A stretch of 57,760 nt of DNA from Nitrospinota bacterium (GTDB lineage: Bacteria; Nitrospinota; Nitrospinia; JACRGO01): positions 1 through 57,760 of the forward strand of contig JACRGO010000073.1 of assembly GCA_016212295.1 (NCBI GenBank), read 5' to 3'. Made by a program: the position numbers and the translations under genes. The notes under the pieces are model-generated. The model saw only the letters and a list, made by a program, of their open reading frames with translations. It was not told where the DNA came from and did no database searches. Below, piece by piece: positions 57,216 to 57,760 of the stretch. Numbering within the stretch: position 1 is the first letter of the stretch; every line of letters starts with the position of its first letter.

Positions 57216-57289
57216 GGATCAAAAAATTAAAAGAGAGTAACATTTTATATGATATTCCCATTTTTCCCGGGAACCAATTTTTTTTTGAA

Positions 57290-57315
57290 CGCCGGGACCG
57301 TTGCCGGTCCCGGCG
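57290..57315. other. GC-rich hairpin between the hypothetical gene and TolC
   Basis: cgccgggacc-gttgcc-ggtcccggcg; followed by an A tract, not a T tract, on the coding strand. Confidence 0.55.
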
Positions 57316-57350
57316 CACTCGAACCTTTTTATCACGATCCGCGGGGCAAA

Positions 57351-57626
57351 TCAATGTTTGTGCCCCTGATGGCCGCCGCTTTCGCTTTCCGGATCAATCA
57401 GCTTGCCTCCCTTAAAGCCCTTTCCCGCCGCGCTTTTCCCGAGGCGGGTGATCTTTTGGACCTTAATGGTCTTGTCCTTTACCTTCCCCTCAATCCGGAC
57501 CGGGTAGGTAAATTGTTCACGAAGTTGTTTCTGGTCCACTCCCTGAAGCTCGTAAACCGATTTTCCGTCTTCAGTGATGAAGACGATATGCTCCTCCTTG
57601 CTGTCTATATGCTCAGGGAATAACAT
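57351..57626 (-). CDS. Hypothetical beta-rich protein with His-rich tail; 5' end uncertain
   Basis: FITEDGKSVYEL...VRIEGKV...IKVQKI...GGHQGHKH; frame is open to the window edge. Confidence 0.55.
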   Translation of the reverse strand: MLFPEHIDSKEEHIVFITEDGKSVYELQGVDQKQLREQFTYPVRIEGKVKDKTIKVQKITRLGKSAAGKGFKGGKLIDPESESGGHQGHKH

Positions 57627-57661
57627 ACGACATAATACACCTCCTCGCCACAGGGTTGATT

Positions 57662-57760
57662 TTATTGAAAAAGACTCATCTGGCCAGGGCCTACCCCCCT
57701 GAGAGCCTTGAGATAATGCCCGTCTTCCAGCCTTTTTATCGCCTTTTGGACTATTTCTTC
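57662..57760 (-). CDS. Possible C-terminus of an upstream gene (partial)
   Basis: Hand translation EEIVQKAIKRLEDGHYLKALRGVGPGQMSLFQ*. Confidence 0.35.
   Translation of the reverse strand, partial: EEIVQKAIKRLEDGHYLKALRGVGPGQMSLFQ

Noticed and set aside
37792-57626. Classical integron or prophage explanation for the cargo
   Set aside because: No integrase, no attC-like sites recognised, and no phage structural genes.
1-57760. tRNA, rRNA or known riboswitches
   Set aside because: None recognised by eye; a covariance-model search was not possible.

Overview
57.8 kb of chromosome from a diderm bacterium. The gene content and repeats look Deltaproteobacteria/Nitrospinae-like, but taxonomy cannot be established from this window. 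The backbone is housekeeping and envelope genes: hybrid sensor kinase, batCDE-like genes, LysR and ydjY, murE, mreD-mrdA, an RCC1-repeat protein, pilMNOPQ, a GT2 glycosyltransferase, mazG, an HDAC-family deacetylase, secA, an M23 peptidase, and a TolC-TolC-CusB-CusA metal efflux operon. Two things stand out. (1) Most intergenic spaces hold small, often nested, palindromic or MITE-like elements of at least five families. One family has 12-bp TIRs and 8-bp target-site duplications. Another has an IS91/ISCR oriIS-like end and is caught inserted, without a clear TSD, into a duplicated gene fragment. (2) Every junction of the efflux operon holds co-oriented defence or selfish cargo: a GxxExxY nuclease in inverted repeats, a ShosTA-like PRTase-DprA pair, a nucleotidyltransferase, Type III R-M with IrrE/DUF4411, and ORF6N flanked by Type I R-M scraps. 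In several of these the toxic or active component is broken. Also noted: an 890-aa PilP fusion and a possible UGA/selenocysteine mini-ORF beside the LysR gene. All family assignments come from motif recognition by eye; no searches were run.
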